Below, piece by piece: positions 36,955 to 47,181 of a stretch of DNA of 64,000 nt. Position numbers and translations under genes: made by a program. Position 1 is the first letter of the stretch. Each line of letters starts with the position of its first letter. The DNA comes from an uncultured Chloroflexia bacterium. GTDB lineage: Bacteria > Chloroflexota > Limnocylindria > Limnocylindrales > CSP1-4. The notes under the pieces are model-generated. The model was not told the origin of the DNA, made no database searches, and saw nothing but the letters and a program-made list of their open reading frames with translations. The DNA is taken from the NCBI GenBank assembly GCA_963776285.1, contig CAVZLW010000007.1, positions 185,415 to 249,414 of the forward strand. Direction: 5' to 3'.

Positions 36955-39855
36955 TCACCGCCAGTTCGGGTCGAGGTTCCTGCCACCCCGGGTGGGCATC
37001 AGGTCGCGCGCACCCGTCCCGTCGGCGTTGACCACCCACAGATGGTACCCGTCGCCCGTGCTCGCCCGGTAGAAGGCGATCTGCCTGCCGTCGGGCGACC
37101 AGACCGGATTGCCGTCCTGGACCGCGTTGTGGGTCAGCCGTCTCGTGACCCTCTTCGTCGCCACGTCGAGCAGGTACACGTCGTTGCTGGCGTCGTCGAT
37201 GCCGTCACCCCGGACGAAGGCGATCGTTCGCTGGTCCGGGGACCAGGCGGGGTTTCGCTCGGAGGCGGGGCTGGTCGTCAGCCGCTCGTACCCGCTGCCA
37301 TCCGGCCGGACGATCGCGACGTCGTAGCCGGAGGTGCCTTTCGGATCGAGGTTCGCGGTGAGGGCCAGCATCGTCCCGTCCGGCGACCAGGCCGGCGACC
37401 GGAGCCGGTATCCGTGGACGACCTCGTGCGCGCCGGATCCATCGCTCCGGATCACCCAGATGGCCGAATCTTTGCTCGGCGGGACGGTTCGGACGAAGGC
37501 GATCCAGCCATCCTTCGACCAGGCCGGGAAGTAGTCGTCGGCCCGTCCACTCGTCAGCGGCCGCTCGGAGCCGTCGGCTTCGCGAATGTAGATGTCGCGC
37601 GTCCCGTTCACCTTGCGGGTGAAGGCGATCTGCCGGTAATCAGGCGACCAGGTCGGGAAGGTGTCGTCGACGCCGTTGTGCGTGAGCTGCGTGGTCTTCC
37701 CCGAAGCCGGGTCGAGAAGATACAGCTCGTTGTCGGTCTGGTTGGACCCGGGCTCCAGGTTGCTGTAGAAGAGGATGCCGGGCGAGACGGGCGCAGCCGG
37801 CGCGGGGGCGGCCGAACCGGGAGCCGCGGACCCGGGGGCTGTCGAACCGGGGGCGACTGATCGGGGACTGCTGCCGCTCGACGCGGCGGTCGTCGGCGAG
37901 TAGTCGCTCCGGGCCTCCCTGCCGGACGTGCGGCCGACCGCCGCCACCTCGACGCGCGTCCGATCCCCGATCTCGAGCGCCGCCCGGATCGAGCCATCGG
38001 CGGCGGCAACCACCGTCCCGGCCGGGTTCGCGTCGAGGGAGAGGTCGACATCCTCACCGCGGGTGAAGCCCGTCCCGGTCACCAGGACGGCCCTGCCCGG
38101 CAAGGTGCTCGCCGCGGAGACGGCGATCGAGGCGCCCGTGTCCGTCGGAAGGACGGCACGCCCGATGATGAGCAGGACGACGACGGCCGCGAGGCCCAGG
38201 ACGATGCGCCGCCATCGGAATCGCGCAGGCAGGGGTGACGCCTGCCCTGGGAGCGGGCGGGCCGCCGGCGCCGGTTCGGGCGCCCGCATGGTCAGTGGGC
38301 CGATCGCCGGCGCCGGTTCGGGCGCCCGAGTGGTCTGAATTGGCTGTCGATCCTCGTCGCCATCCGCCCCGGCTGCGCCCAGCCGATCCAACCCGGCGGC
38401 CGCGGTGGTCCCCGCGAGGGCAGGCCCGGGGAGCGCGTCCTCGGCCTCCTTCGGCCCGGGGAGCGCCGCCTCGGCAGAGCCGCCCGCGGGTGGCAGGGCC
38501 GGGATGGGGACGCCCTCCTCGGTCATGCTGGCGGCCGCGCCCGCGGCGACCGCAGCCACGGGAAGGACACCTTCGGGCGGCGAGGTCCCGGGGAGGGCGC
38601 CGGGCTGCGCGTCGGTCACCTGGAGCTGGCCGTCGGGCTGGCTGGTGTCGGCCGGGACGGTCGCGGCCGCAGCGGCGGCGGCTCCCGCCGGGACCGGGTC
38701 TGGGCTCGACGCCACCTTGGGCGGCAGGTCCTGCGGGTCGCGCCGCGGGATCGCGGCGGCGTTCGCCACGTCGAAGAGCTGGCCGTCGGCCACCCGCATG
38801 AACAGGACGGGCGTTCCCCACTCGACGTCGTTCTGGTCGGCGTAGATGGCAAGGCGCGCCTCCGCAACCGCCGAATTGACGGGCCGACCCTCGGCCAGCA
38901 TCGAGTAGAACTCCCCCGCGAAGAGGACCGCCGCACGGTCCGTGATCTCGAACTGCATCCCGATCACCGCGGGGATCTCGCGCTGGACCAGGCTCGTGGC
39001 GACCCCGGAGAACGGGTCGTCCACCGAGTTGCGGGCGCCCTCGCACGAGTTGAGCAGGACGAGTCGCAGCGACACCTTGTCGTGGAGGATGGTCGCGATC
39101 TGGTCCCCGCTCACCGGCCGGCCCCGACCGGCCTCGTCCTCGAAGAGGAGTGCTCCCTCGCCGCTCGCGTCGTCGAATCCGCCGTGGCCGATGTAGTGGA
39201 TGATGTGGTACTCGTCGGACCTGAGCGTGCGGGCCAGGGCCAGCAGGCTGGCCTCCTCGAGCCAGTCGACGGAGACGGCCTTCGCATCGATCACGGGGCG
39301 GAGCGCCTCCTCCAGCCGGGTCCGCTCCAGTCCCGCGTCGAGCTGCCCGGCGTCGGAAGGTGCGCTGACGATGCCAAGGATCCGGAGCGGGAGCTCCACC
39401 TGGAGCGGCCGGCGGGGCTTCGGGACGTCGAGGTAGCGGACAACAGGGGTCCATGTCGAGATCGACAGGAAGTCGGGCTCGTCGAAGAGGTACTCCCATG
39501 GGATCCCACCCAGCTCGGGCACCTCGCTCAGCGACAGGGTGACCCGCAGCCCCTGCCCCGCGGTCCGGGCCTCGCCGAGGCATGTGCGATAGAGCTCGTC
39601 GACCTTGCCCGAGATGAGGGCCGAGAACAGCCGGCCGCCGAATGCTCGCGCAAGCCCCATCTCGGGCGACTCGATGCGACGGACGCCGCGGCGAGTTCGT
39701 CCGACCTTCAGGACGAAGTTCTCGAGCTCCGTCGCGGTGAACGGCGCGGCGAACGTGCCGGGCGCCTCACCCCCGAGCCCGCTGGCCGCGACTCGGTAGG
39801 ACCCCGGGGTCGCTCCCCGCTCGATGCGCAGGCGAAACTCCGCGTAGGTCGTCAT
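36955..39855 (-). CDS. CHAT-domain (caspase-like peptidase) protein with Pro/Ala-rich linker, single TM helix and C-terminal TolB-like (PD40) beta-propeller
   Basis: The N-terminal region (YAEFRLRIERGATPGSYRVAASGLGGEAPGTF) is typical of standalone CHAT proteins. The CHAT His/Cys dyad is HIIHYIGHGGFD...LVLLNSCEGAR. A TM helix (RFRWRRIVLGLAAVVVLLIIG) is preceded by a basic patch, which places CHAT in the cytoplasm. There are five or more PD40 repeats (FPTWSPDYRQIAF, FPAWSKDGWIAF, SPAWSPDGTMLAL, NPAWSPDQRTIAF, NPVWSPDGRQIAF). Confidence 0.8.
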   Translation of the reverse strand: MTTYAEFRLRIERGATPGSYRVAASGLGGEAPGTFAAPFTATELENFVLKVGRTRRGVRRIESPEMGLARAFGGRLFSALISGKVDELYRTCLGEARTAGQGLRVTLSLSEVPELGGIPWEYLFDEPDFLSISTWTPVVRYLDVPKPRRPLQVELPLRILGIVSAPSDAGQLDAGLERTRLEEALRPVIDAKAVSVDWLEEASLLALARTLRSDEYHIIHYIGHGGFDDASGEGALLFEDEAGRGRPVSGDQIATILHDKVSLRLVLLNSCEGARNSVDDPFSGVATSLVQREIPAVIGMQFEITDRAAVLFAGEFYSMLAEGRPVNSAVAEARLAIYADQNDVEWGTPVLFMRVADGQLFDVANAAAIPRRDPQDLPPKVASSPDPVPAGAAAAAAATVPADTSQPDGQLQVTDAQPGALPGTSPPEGVLPVAAVAAGAAASMTEEGVPIPALPPAGGSAEAALPGPKEAEDALPGPALAGTTAAAGLDRLGAAGADGDEDRQPIQTTRAPEPAPAIGPLTMRAPEPAPAARPLPGQASPLPARFRWRRIVLGLAAVVVLLIIGRAVLPTDTGASIAVSAASTLPGRAVLVTGTGFTRGEDVDLSLDANPAGTVVAAADGSIRAALEIGDRTRVEVAAVGRTSGREARSDYSPTTAASSGSSPRSVAPGSTAPGSAAPGSAAPAPAAPVSPGILFYSNLEPGSNQTDNELYLLDPASGKTTQLTHNGVDDTFPTWSPDYRQIAFTRKVNGTRDIYIREADGSERPLTSGRADDYFPAWSKDGWIAFVRTVPPSKDSAIWVIRSDGSGAHEVVHGYRLRSPAWSPDGTMLALTANLDPKGTSGYDVAIVRPDGSGYERLTTSPASERNPAWSPDQRTIAFVRGDGIDDASNDVYLLDVATKRVTRRLTHNAVQDGNPVWSPDGRQIAFYRASTGDGYHLWVVNADGTGARDLMPTRGGRNLDPNWR

Positions 39856-40063
39856 GCAGCGACCGCGTGCGCCGACACCCTCGCCATCTGCAGCCCCCCT
39901 CGGCAGGTCGCGAAACGATACCCCAGCCTCGCCGCGCGCCCCAATCGGCCCCGGTCAGCCTTGCGCCCGCTCACTCGTGGAGCGATCCCCCATCGGCGAC
40001 AGACCGCGATCGAGGTCCGGCTCCTTCGCCCGTGCTGTGCCGAGGCTCGCCGGTCCGCCTCGA

Positions 40064-41416
40064 CTAGGCGGGCAGGATGTTCTGGTTCACGTGGAAGAGG
40101 TTCGCCGGGTCGTATCGCTTCTTCACCTGGGACAGCCGTTCGTAGTTGCCCCGGTACGTGGCACGGACCCGTTCCTGGCCCTCCTCCATCATGAAGTTCA
40201 CGTACGCACCGCCGGCGGAATACGGGTGCACCGCGTCCCAGTAGGCGACCGCCCAGCGCCTGAGCAGGTCCACGTTGGCCGGATCGGGATCGACGCCGGC
40301 GATCACCTGGGCGTACTTGGCATCCCGATAGGCCCACGCCGTCGCGTCGTTGGCGGGACGAGATGCCGCGCCGTTGACGGGGTAGATGTGCGACGTCGAC
40401 TTCATGGTCGGCAGCTGGCTGCCGTGCTCGACGTGGCGCTCGATCGCCTCGTCGGTCAGGTCGTTGATGAAGTCGGCGCGCCAGTACCACTGGTCGCCGG
40501 CGGGATAGAGCGGATCGAAGGCGCTCTGCCAGGCGGGGAACGGCATCGGCGCGATTCCGTCGAGGGCGGGCGGCCCGAACGCCCGGACCGGGGCCAGCGC
40601 TGCCTCGGCCCCGTCCGCGGGTCCCGAATAGCACCACACCAGCGCGCACATCTTCCTGAGGTGAAGCTCCTCGGGGAACGGCGGGCCCGGCGGCACGGTG
40701 AGCCAGGCGAAGAACGCGCTCAGATCCTCGGGCGCATCATCGATGAACGTGTTCCAGAAGCGCATGACGTCGCGCGCCATCTCGAGGGGATAGAGCGTCG
40801 GCCCGGCGTAGACGGTGCTCACCGGGTGCAGCCGGAAGAGGAACGAGGTGACGATCCCGAAGTTGCCGCCGCCACCACGGATCGCCCAGAAGAGGTCGGG
40901 GTTGGTCTGGCTGTCCGCGGTCACCGTGCTGCCGTCCGCGAGGACCATGTCGGCTGCCAGGAGGTTGTCGATGGTGAGGCCGAAGTGGCGGGTGAGGTGG
41001 CCGATCCCGCCTCCCAGCGTCAGTCCGGCCACGCCCGTCGACGCGATGGTCCCGGACGGCGTCGCCAGGCCGAACTCGGCCGTCGCCCGGTCCACCTGTC
41101 CCCAGGTCGCTCCGCCGCCGACGCGCGCGGTGCGGGCGACCGGATCGACGTCCACGGAGTCCAGCCCGGACAGGTCGACGACCAGTCCGTCGTCGACGAT
41201 CCCGAGGCCGCCGGCGTTGTGGCCGCCGCCGCGCACGGCGACGGCGATCCCGCCCGCGCGTGCGAATTCGACCGCGGTCACGACGTCGGCCACGTCGGCG
41301 CACCTGGCGATCAGGCGGGGCCGCCTGTGGATCATCCCGTTGTAGACCTGTCGTGCCGCGTCGTACCCCGCGTCATCGGGGCCGATGAGCTGGCCGTGGA
41401 ATCCCGTGGGACGCAT
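40064..41416 (-). CDS. FAD-linked oxidase (PCMH-type FAD-binding with BBE-like C-terminal domain)
   Basis: RBS GAGAGGGGGG. FAD-binding region AVAVRGGGHNAGG...WAIRGGGGNFGIVTSF. The C-terminal YDPANLFHVNQNILP is BBE-domain-like. Confidence 0.8.
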   Translation of the reverse strand: MRPTGFHGQLIGPDDAGYDAARQVYNGMIHRRPRLIARCADVADVVTAVEFARAGGIAVAVRGGGHNAGGLGIVDDGLVVDLSGLDSVDVDPVARTARVGGGATWGQVDRATAEFGLATPSGTIASTGVAGLTLGGGIGHLTRHFGLTIDNLLAADMVLADGSTVTADSQTNPDLFWAIRGGGGNFGIVTSFLFRLHPVSTVYAGPTLYPLEMARDVMRFWNTFIDDAPEDLSAFFAWLTVPPGPPFPEELHLRKMCALVWCYSGPADGAEAALAPVRAFGPPALDGIAPMPFPAWQSAFDPLYPAGDQWYWRADFINDLTDEAIERHVEHGSQLPTMKSTSHIYPVNGAASRPANDATAWAYRDAKYAQVIAGVDPDPANVDLLRRWAVAYWDAVHPYSAGGAYVNFMMEEGQERVRATYRGNYERLSQVKKRYDPANLFHVNQNILPA

Positions 41417-41691
41417 GGGAACCCCCCTCTCGGCGCTCGAACGCACCCTTCGGGCGGGTCGGTCTCGCCATTGGCCCGGGCGCGACGATCTGGGCGACCG
41501 CATGGGGACGCCGCGCCGGTAGGAGTCGGGACTCCCGTGCCTCCCACCCGATCGACGAATTGTGCGCTCGCAGCCCTGGAATGGGTAGCCCCAAGCTGGC
41601 CCGCATCGCCCGGCGGCCGCGAGGCGCCCTCGGCTGCCGCGTCCCCGGCGGCCGGACGGAGCGCTCCGGGCGCCGGCCCGAGATTGCCTGC

Positions 41692-42468
41692 TCAGCCTTC
41701 CGATCGCGGGCCCTGCGAGTACATCAGCGAGCCGGGTGTCGTGAGCAGCTCCCCGGTCTCCAGCAGCGTCTTCAGGCCGGAGAGGATCATCATCCATCCG
41801 CCGTAGAGCTCCTCGTTCGCGCCTTCGCGCAGCTGGTCGTGGGTGACGGTCAGGCGGCACGAGTCGCCGATCGGCTCGATCTCCCAGGTGACCCTCGAGG
41901 TCCCTTCGGCCCTGACGTCCTCGCCCCACAGCGCGTTGAAGCTCTGGACGAGCCGGCGCGGCGGGTCGACCTCCAGGTTCACGCCTTCCGAGATGGAGCG
42001 CGGCGCAGACGGGGAGCCGGCCACGTAGCGCGATCCGGCGGACCAGTCGGACTCGATGCGGACGCCGAAGTTGTACTTGCTGCGCATCTCGGGGTCGATG
42101 ATCGCCTCCCACAGGCGTTCCGGGGTCGTCTTGATGTAGATCTCGAACACCTTCTCCATCGCCTGGTCCTCCAGTTCGTGCTTGAGTCCGCTCAGGGTTG
42201 CGGCCCACGGCTCTGCGTACTTGCTCACCCACCGGTCGTGGACGAGCCGGATCGGGACGGGATTCAGGAAGTGCAGCTTCTCGCGGCCACGACGCCTGGT
42301 CACCACGAGGCCGGCCTCCTCGAGCACCCTCAGGTGCTTCATGACGCCGAAGCGGGTCATCGGCAGGCGCTGCACGAGCGCTCCCAGGGTCTGCCCATCC
42401 TCCTCGAACAGCTCGTCGAGAAGGCTCCGGCGGGTTGGGTCGGCGAGCGCCCTGAACACCTCGTCCAT
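41692..42468 (-). CDS. ArsR/SmtB-family HTH regulator fused to an SRPBCC (AhSA1-like) domain
   Basis: The N-terminal ALADPTRRSLLDELFEEDGQTLGALVQRLPMTRFGVMKHLRVLEEAGLV is a winged HTH. The C-terminal ~150 aa are SRPBCC-like. Confidence 0.75.
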   Translation of the reverse strand: MDEVFRALADPTRRSLLDELFEEDGQTLGALVQRLPMTRFGVMKHLRVLEEAGLVVTRRRGREKLHFLNPVPIRLVHDRWVSKYAEPWAATLSGLKHELEDQAMEKVFEIYIKTTPERLWEAIIDPEMRSKYNFGVRIESDWSAGSRYVAGSPSAPRSISEGVNLEVDPPRRLVQSFNALWGEDVRAEGTSRVTWEIEPIGDSCRLTVTHDQLREGANEELYGGWMMILSGLKTLLETGELLTTPGSLMYSQGPRSEG

Positions 42469-42698
42469 GCCCGGGACTATATGTGACCTTCTGGTCACCT
42501 GTCAAGGGTCGTCTTCCAGCGTTGGTGTCCAGCGTGCGGGTCGAACCGCGTGTGGCGACCAGCGGTCCGGTGTCGGTTGTCGCCCGGGTCTTCGCCCTCC
42601 GAAGCCCGGGAGCGCGCGCTCGGCGCAGTCGGCGGCCCGCAGCGCCAGGGACCTCCGCCAGGAAAGTCCGCGGCCGAGCGGCCCTCGTCACCTAGGAT

Positions 42699-43982
42699 GT
42701 GGCAATGTCCGGGAGCGCGCAGCAGACGGTCCTCGTCCTGTTCGTCGCGTTCCTCGTCGCATTGCCGCTCGTCGCGTTCGTCTCGGGGAGGCTGCGACTC
42801 CCGTACACCGTCGTGCTCGTCGTGGTGGGGCTCGTCGTCTCGGCACTCCCGATCCGCGAGGGCATCCAGCTCTCGCCGGAGCTCGCCGTCACGGTCCTCC
42901 TGCCGGGCCTGGTCTTCGAAGCCGCATATCGGCTCGACGGCGACGAGCTCCGGCGGTCGTTCGGCGGCGTCGCACTCCTCGCGGTGCCCGGTGTCCTCGT
43001 CACTGCGGCGGCGGTCGCCTTTGTCCTGAACGCTGCCACGGGCCTGCCCGTCAACGAGGCGTTCCTGGTCGGGGCGATCGTGTCGGCGACCGATCCCGTC
43101 GCCGTGGTCAGCACGATGCGGCGGCTCAACGCTCCCAGACGGCTGGTCACCCTCGTCGATGCGGAGAGCCTCTTCAACGACGGGACGGCGGCCCTCACCT
43201 TCGTCGTTGCGCTCGCGGCGCTCGGCAGCCGCCCGCCCACGATCGAGGAGGACATCCTGCAGTTCGCGGTGGGCCTGATCGGCAGCATCGTCATCGGCGC
43301 GGTCGCAGGCTTCCTGGTGTCGCGGACGCTGAAGGCCACGAACGACCACCTCATCGAGCTCACGCTCACGTTGCTGGCCGCCTACGGGACCTACCTCGTC
43401 GCGGACCTGCTGAACGAGTCGGGGATCATCGCAAGCGTCGTTGCCGGGATCGTCGTCGGCACCTATGGCCGCCGCGCGGGCATGAGCCGGCGAGCCGAAG
43501 AGGCGATCGACGTCGTCTGGGAGTTCCTTGCGTTCGTCCTGACCGGTGCCGCGTTCCTGCTCATCGGCTTCGCGATCCCGCTGAGTGCGCTGACCGCGGC
43601 CGCCTTCTCCATTGCCTGGGGCGTCGTCGCGGTGCTGGTGGGGCGTGCCATCGTCGTGTACGGCCTGCTGGGCGGCACGGCCCGGCTGGGGCACCGGGCC
43701 GGGCTCGGCCGCTCGCTGCCGCTGTCCTGGCTCCACGTCATGAACTGGACCGGGCTGCGCGGTGCCGTCGCGACGGCGCTCGCGCTGTCGATCCCCGAGG
43801 GCACGCCCGACCGCGAGCTCCTCCAGGGGATCGTGTTCGGGATCGTCCTCTTCACGCTCATCGTCCAGGGGACGACCGCCGAGCGGGTCCTGCGATGGGC
43901 GCGCGTGCACGGAGACGAGGACCTGGAGGATCCGGCCCAGCTGCGGGAGGCGGGGTCGGCCGACGACAGGGCGCCGTGGTGA
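42699..43982 (+). CDS. Cation:proton antiporter (CPA1/NhaP-type Na+/H+ exchanger)
   Basis: Conserved ATDPVAVVS motif (TDP of Na+/H+ exchangers). ~12 TM helices. Confidence 0.8.
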   Translation: MAMSGSAQQTVLVLFVAFLVALPLVAFVSGRLRLPYTVVLVVVGLVVSALPIREGIQLSPELAVTVLLPGLVFEAAYRLDGDELRRSFGGVALLAVPGVLVTAAAVAFVLNAATGLPVNEAFLVGAIVSATDPVAVVSTMRRLNAPRRLVTLVDAESLFNDGTAALTFVVALAALGSRPPTIEEDILQFAVGLIGSIVIGAVAGFLVSRTLKATNDHLIELTLTLLAAYGTYLVADLLNESGIIASVVAGIVVGTYGRRAGMSRRAEEAIDVVWEFLAFVLTGAAFLLIGFAIPLSALTAAAFSIAWGVVAVLVGRAIVVYGLLGGTARLGHRAGLGRSLPLSWLHVMNWTGLRGAVATALALSIPEGTPDRELLQGIVFGIVLFTLIVQGTTAERVLRWARVHGDEDLEDPAQLREAGSADDRAPW

Positions 43983-44249
43983 TCCCCGCCACGAGCAGCC
44001 GTAGGCCGGAGCGACTGCCACGCAGAAGTGAACGGCGACGGCCGACCGGCCGCCGTGCTCGACCCGAGACGGGTGGGATGGCGAGCGGGCTTCAACGGGC
44101 CGTCTCGCGGGTAGCCCATCGTCTTCTTGACCGCACCGCGATGCGCGCCTTAGCGTTGTCGTGCGCAGAGGTCGACGGGGTCGATGCGCCGCCGGCAGGG
44201 CGGCGAGGATGCGCGACGGATGTCGCGCGGTCGAGGGATGGGGGCAGCG

Positions 44250-47168
44250 ATGCGCATCGTCGTCACGCACGGACGCGACCAGGCATTCCAGATTCCCGAG
44301 ACGATGGGTCGTGCGTGGGCGGATGCCCTCCGCCACGGTCTCCGCTCGGCCGGCTACGCGCGGCCGGACGACCTCGACGTGCGGTTCGCGTTCTACGGCG
44401 ACCTCTGGAGGCCCGACCGCCGCGAGCCGGCCGACGACGAGCGCGGCGGTGGCGTCGAGCCTGACGCCCTGAGGGCGCCGCCGACCGCCATCCAGGCGGC
44501 GATCGGCGCCGAGCTCCTCGGACCGCGCCCGGACGCCGAGCGGATCGAGTGGCAGCGCCTGGGACAGGTGGTCCGCGCGCTCGACGACGTGTTCGGTGTC
44601 GGGGAAGTGCTGCTCACGCAGTTCATGGGTGACCTGGACGAGTACTTCCGGGACGCGGACCTGCGGGCGACGGTGCTCGAGCGGGTGGCCCAGGTCTGCC
44701 AGGCGGACGCTGAGCCGGTGCTCCTCCTCGGCCACAGCATGGGAAGCATCGTGGCCTATGACCTCCTCGCGACGCGCGGGGCGCGACCGCTCGGGGTCGC
44801 CGGACTCGTGACGTTCGGCTCCCCGCTCGGCATGAAGAGCCTTCATCGGCACGTGGATGACCTTCACCCCGGAACGCCGTTCCCGGCAGGTCTCGCCGCC
44901 TGGACCAATGTCTTCAATGCGGAGGACTTCGCGACCGTCGTCCCTTCCCTGGCGCCCCTGTTCCCGGGCGTCGGCACGCGGCATGTGAAGGACGTGGGGG
45001 CCGAGGGTCGGGAGCCGTCCTTGCTCTCGCCCGGTGAGGGCCACGACCCGATCGTCTACCTCAGCTCGATGGCACTGGGCCGCGCAGTCCGCGAGATGCT
45101 CGAGCCGGTTCTTGCCGCGCCCGTCGTAGCGCCGCCGCCGCCGGCCGTACCCGCCCGATCGATCCCGCGGACGGGCGGTCCCGTTGCGACCCCGTCGGCG
45201 GGCGCGCCGGCACCGCAGCCGACCAGGGCGATGCCGCCGCAGGCCGCGCGCCCGGTCCAGGCCGAGCCGCCGCGGCCGACCAGGGCGATGCCGCCGCCGC
45301 CGGCCACTCGTCCGGTCCAGGCCGAGCCGCCGCCGCCGAACTTGCATGGGACGCCTCCGCGGCAGTTCGCGCGTCCGGTCCAGGCCGAGCCGCCGCGGCC
45401 GACCAGGGCAATGCCGCCGCTGCAGGTCGAACCGCCGATAGAGGCTGTCGCCGCGCCGCCGCCCGTGGCCGCGGGCGGAGACCGCGGGGGCCTGGCCGCC
45501 TCGCCCGGCGGCTCCGGCGGCGCCCCGGCACCCGTCCTGGTGCGCGGTAGCGACGAAGCGCTGGCCGTCCCGGGGACCGCCACCGCCCCCGCGACGAAGA
45601 CCGTCGAGCGGGTCGCGTCGGCAGACTTCCCGCCCGTGGTCCTGCCCGGCAGCACCCACGACCTGCTCTTCGCCATCGGCGCCGCGGCCGCCTTCGCTCG
45701 CGCGGCCGACGTGGCGCTCGTCGTGCCGGCAGAGCAGCGGACGCTGGACCTTCGCGTCGGCGTCTACGCCCAGGACTTCGACATCCGGGTCGGCGACGAG
45801 GATCTCACCTGGCAGGCCATCACGATCAACCTGGATGACGCGTCGAGGAGCGTCTCCCGGACGTTCGCGCTGACGGCGCACGATGTCACCGAGAAGCGCG
45901 AGACGACGATCTACCTGACCGTCTACCGCGACAGCCTGCCCGTCGCCCAGGTGGCCCTCGTGACCACGATCGACCCGGCCTTCCAGCCGCTCCGGGCGTC
46001 GATCAGCCTGAACCTGGACGGGGCCGAGGATCCCGACTTCGTGCTGGTGATCATGGACCGCGGCAACCCGAAGGGCGAGGGGCCCTTCGAGATGTTCGTG
46101 AGCCAGAAGGGCGAGTTCGTCAACCGGCCGCTGGGCACGATGAACGTGACGATCAACGCCTGGAAGTACGCCCAGGACCGCCTCGCGGGCTTCAAGAGCG
46201 TGCGCGACGGAGCGACGGACAGGATGCGGTTCAACCGGGCAGAGAGCTTGGGACTCGCGCTCTGGCGGGACCTGCCGCCCGACTTCCAGCGCTTCTACTG
46301 GGACGAGCTCCACGGGCACGACTGGTCCATCGCCATCTACTCGCAGGAGCCGTACATCCCGTGGGAGCTGGTCCGCCCCCAGAAGGAGAGCGGGGAGCAG
46401 GCCGACTTCCTCGGCATCTCGTTCAGCATGGCCCGCTGGAAGCAGGCCGTCCGCTTCCCGGATCCGCTCGTGGTCTCGGGGTTCTCCGTCATCGCACCCG
46501 TGTACACCGAAGTGTCGGGCGCTCCGCCGCTGCCCGGCGCGCAGGAGGAGGCCGACGCGCTGGTCGCGACGTTCGGGGCCACGCGGATCGCCGGCGAGCT
46601 CGCCGCCGTGACCGAGCTCCTGGAGTCGACGCGGGGCGTGCAGCTCATCCATTTCGCGGGGCACGGCGATTTCGACCCCGAAGCCGACACCGACACGGTG
46701 ATCAAGCTCGCCGACCAGTCGCTGGTCCCGGAGGACATCTACCGGGCGAACCTCGGCCGGGCCTCGCGGCCCCTCGTGTTCCTCAACGCCTGCGAAGTTG
46801 GCGAGGAGGGCTGGTCGCTCACGCGGATCGGCGGCTGGGCCGAGGCGTTCACCGACGTCGGATTCTCCGGCTTCGTCGGGCCGTACTGGGCGGTCAACGA
46901 CACGGTCGCGCGCAAGGCGGCGCTCCTCTTCTACGGCGCGCTGCGCGACGGGGCGTCCGTCGGCGAGGCCCTCCAGGCGATCCGTCGCCAGTTCTACGAC
47001 GAGCCGGACGAGAAGTACCGGGGCCACCCGAGCTGGCTCGCCTACACGCTCCACTGCCAGCCGAACGTGCACATCACGATCCCGGCCGCCGGGGTCGCGA
47101 GCAATCCGCCAGCGCCAGGCACCTCCGGGACAGGCGATCCCCTCGCCGCGCCCGGCGCGAAGCCCTGA
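44250..47168 (+). CDS. Multidomain protein: N-terminal alpha/beta-hydrolase (GHSMG serine esterase/lipase-like), Pro-rich tandem-repeat linker, central unknown domain, C-terminal CHAT (caspase-like) domain
   Basis: MRIVVTHG... start with GGGGG RBS. Nucleophile elbow is VLLLGHSMGSIVAYDLL. About 4 tandem ~20-aa repeats (PTRAMPPQAARPVQAEPPR). The CHAT His/Cys dyad is LIHFAGHGDFD...LVFLNACEVGEEG. Confidence 0.75.
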   Translation: MRIVVTHGRDQAFQIPETMGRAWADALRHGLRSAGYARPDDLDVRFAFYGDLWRPDRREPADDERGGGVEPDALRAPPTAIQAAIGAELLGPRPDAERIEWQRLGQVVRALDDVFGVGEVLLTQFMGDLDEYFRDADLRATVLERVAQVCQADAEPVLLLGHSMGSIVAYDLLATRGARPLGVAGLVTFGSPLGMKSLHRHVDDLHPGTPFPAGLAAWTNVFNAEDFATVVPSLAPLFPGVGTRHVKDVGAEGREPSLLSPGEGHDPIVYLSSMALGRAVREMLEPVLAAPVVAPPPPAVPARSIPRTGGPVATPSAGAPAPQPTRAMPPQAARPVQAEPPRPTRAMPPPPATRPVQAEPPPPNLHGTPPRQFARPVQAEPPRPTRAMPPLQVEPPIEAVAAPPPVAAGGDRGGLAASPGGSGGAPAPVLVRGSDEALAVPGTATAPATKTVERVASADFPPVVLPGSTHDLLFAIGAAAAFARAADVALVVPAEQRTLDLRVGVYAQDFDIRVGDEDLTWQAITINLDDASRSVSRTFALTAHDVTEKRETTIYLTVYRDSLPVAQVALVTTIDPAFQPLRASISLNLDGAEDPDFVLVIMDRGNPKGEGPFEMFVSQKGEFVNRPLGTMNVTINAWKYAQDRLAGFKSVRDGATDRMRFNRAESLGLALWRDLPPDFQRFYWDELHGHDWSIAIYSQEPYIPWELVRPQKESGEQADFLGISFSMARWKQAVRFPDPLVVSGFSVIAPVYTEVSGAPPLPGAQEEADALVATFGATRIAGELAAVTELLESTRGVQLIHFAGHGDFDPEADTDTVIKLADQSLVPEDIYRANLGRASRPLVFLNACEVGEEGWSLTRIGGWAEAFTDVGFSGFVGPYWAVNDTVARKAALLFYGALRDGASVGEALQAIRRQFYDEPDEKYRGHPSWLAYTLHCQPNVHITIPAAGVASNPPAPGTSGTGDPLAAPGAKP
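45216..45440 (+). repeat. Tandem ~60-bp coding repeats (about 3.5 copies) encoding the Pro-rich linker of the hydrolase-CHAT protein
   Basis: Repeated ccgaccagggcgatgccgccg...cgtccggtccaggccgagccgccgcg units are visible directly. They translate to PTRAMPP(Q/P)xxRPVQAEPPR. Confidence 0.7.
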
Positions 47169-47181
47169 AGGAGACCGACCG

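Noticed and set aside
38264-38326. 22-bp direct repeat ccggcgccggttcgggcgcccg x2
   Set aside because: It lies inside the CHAT-TM-propeller gene and simply encodes the repeated APEPAPA linker motif. It is not an independent element.
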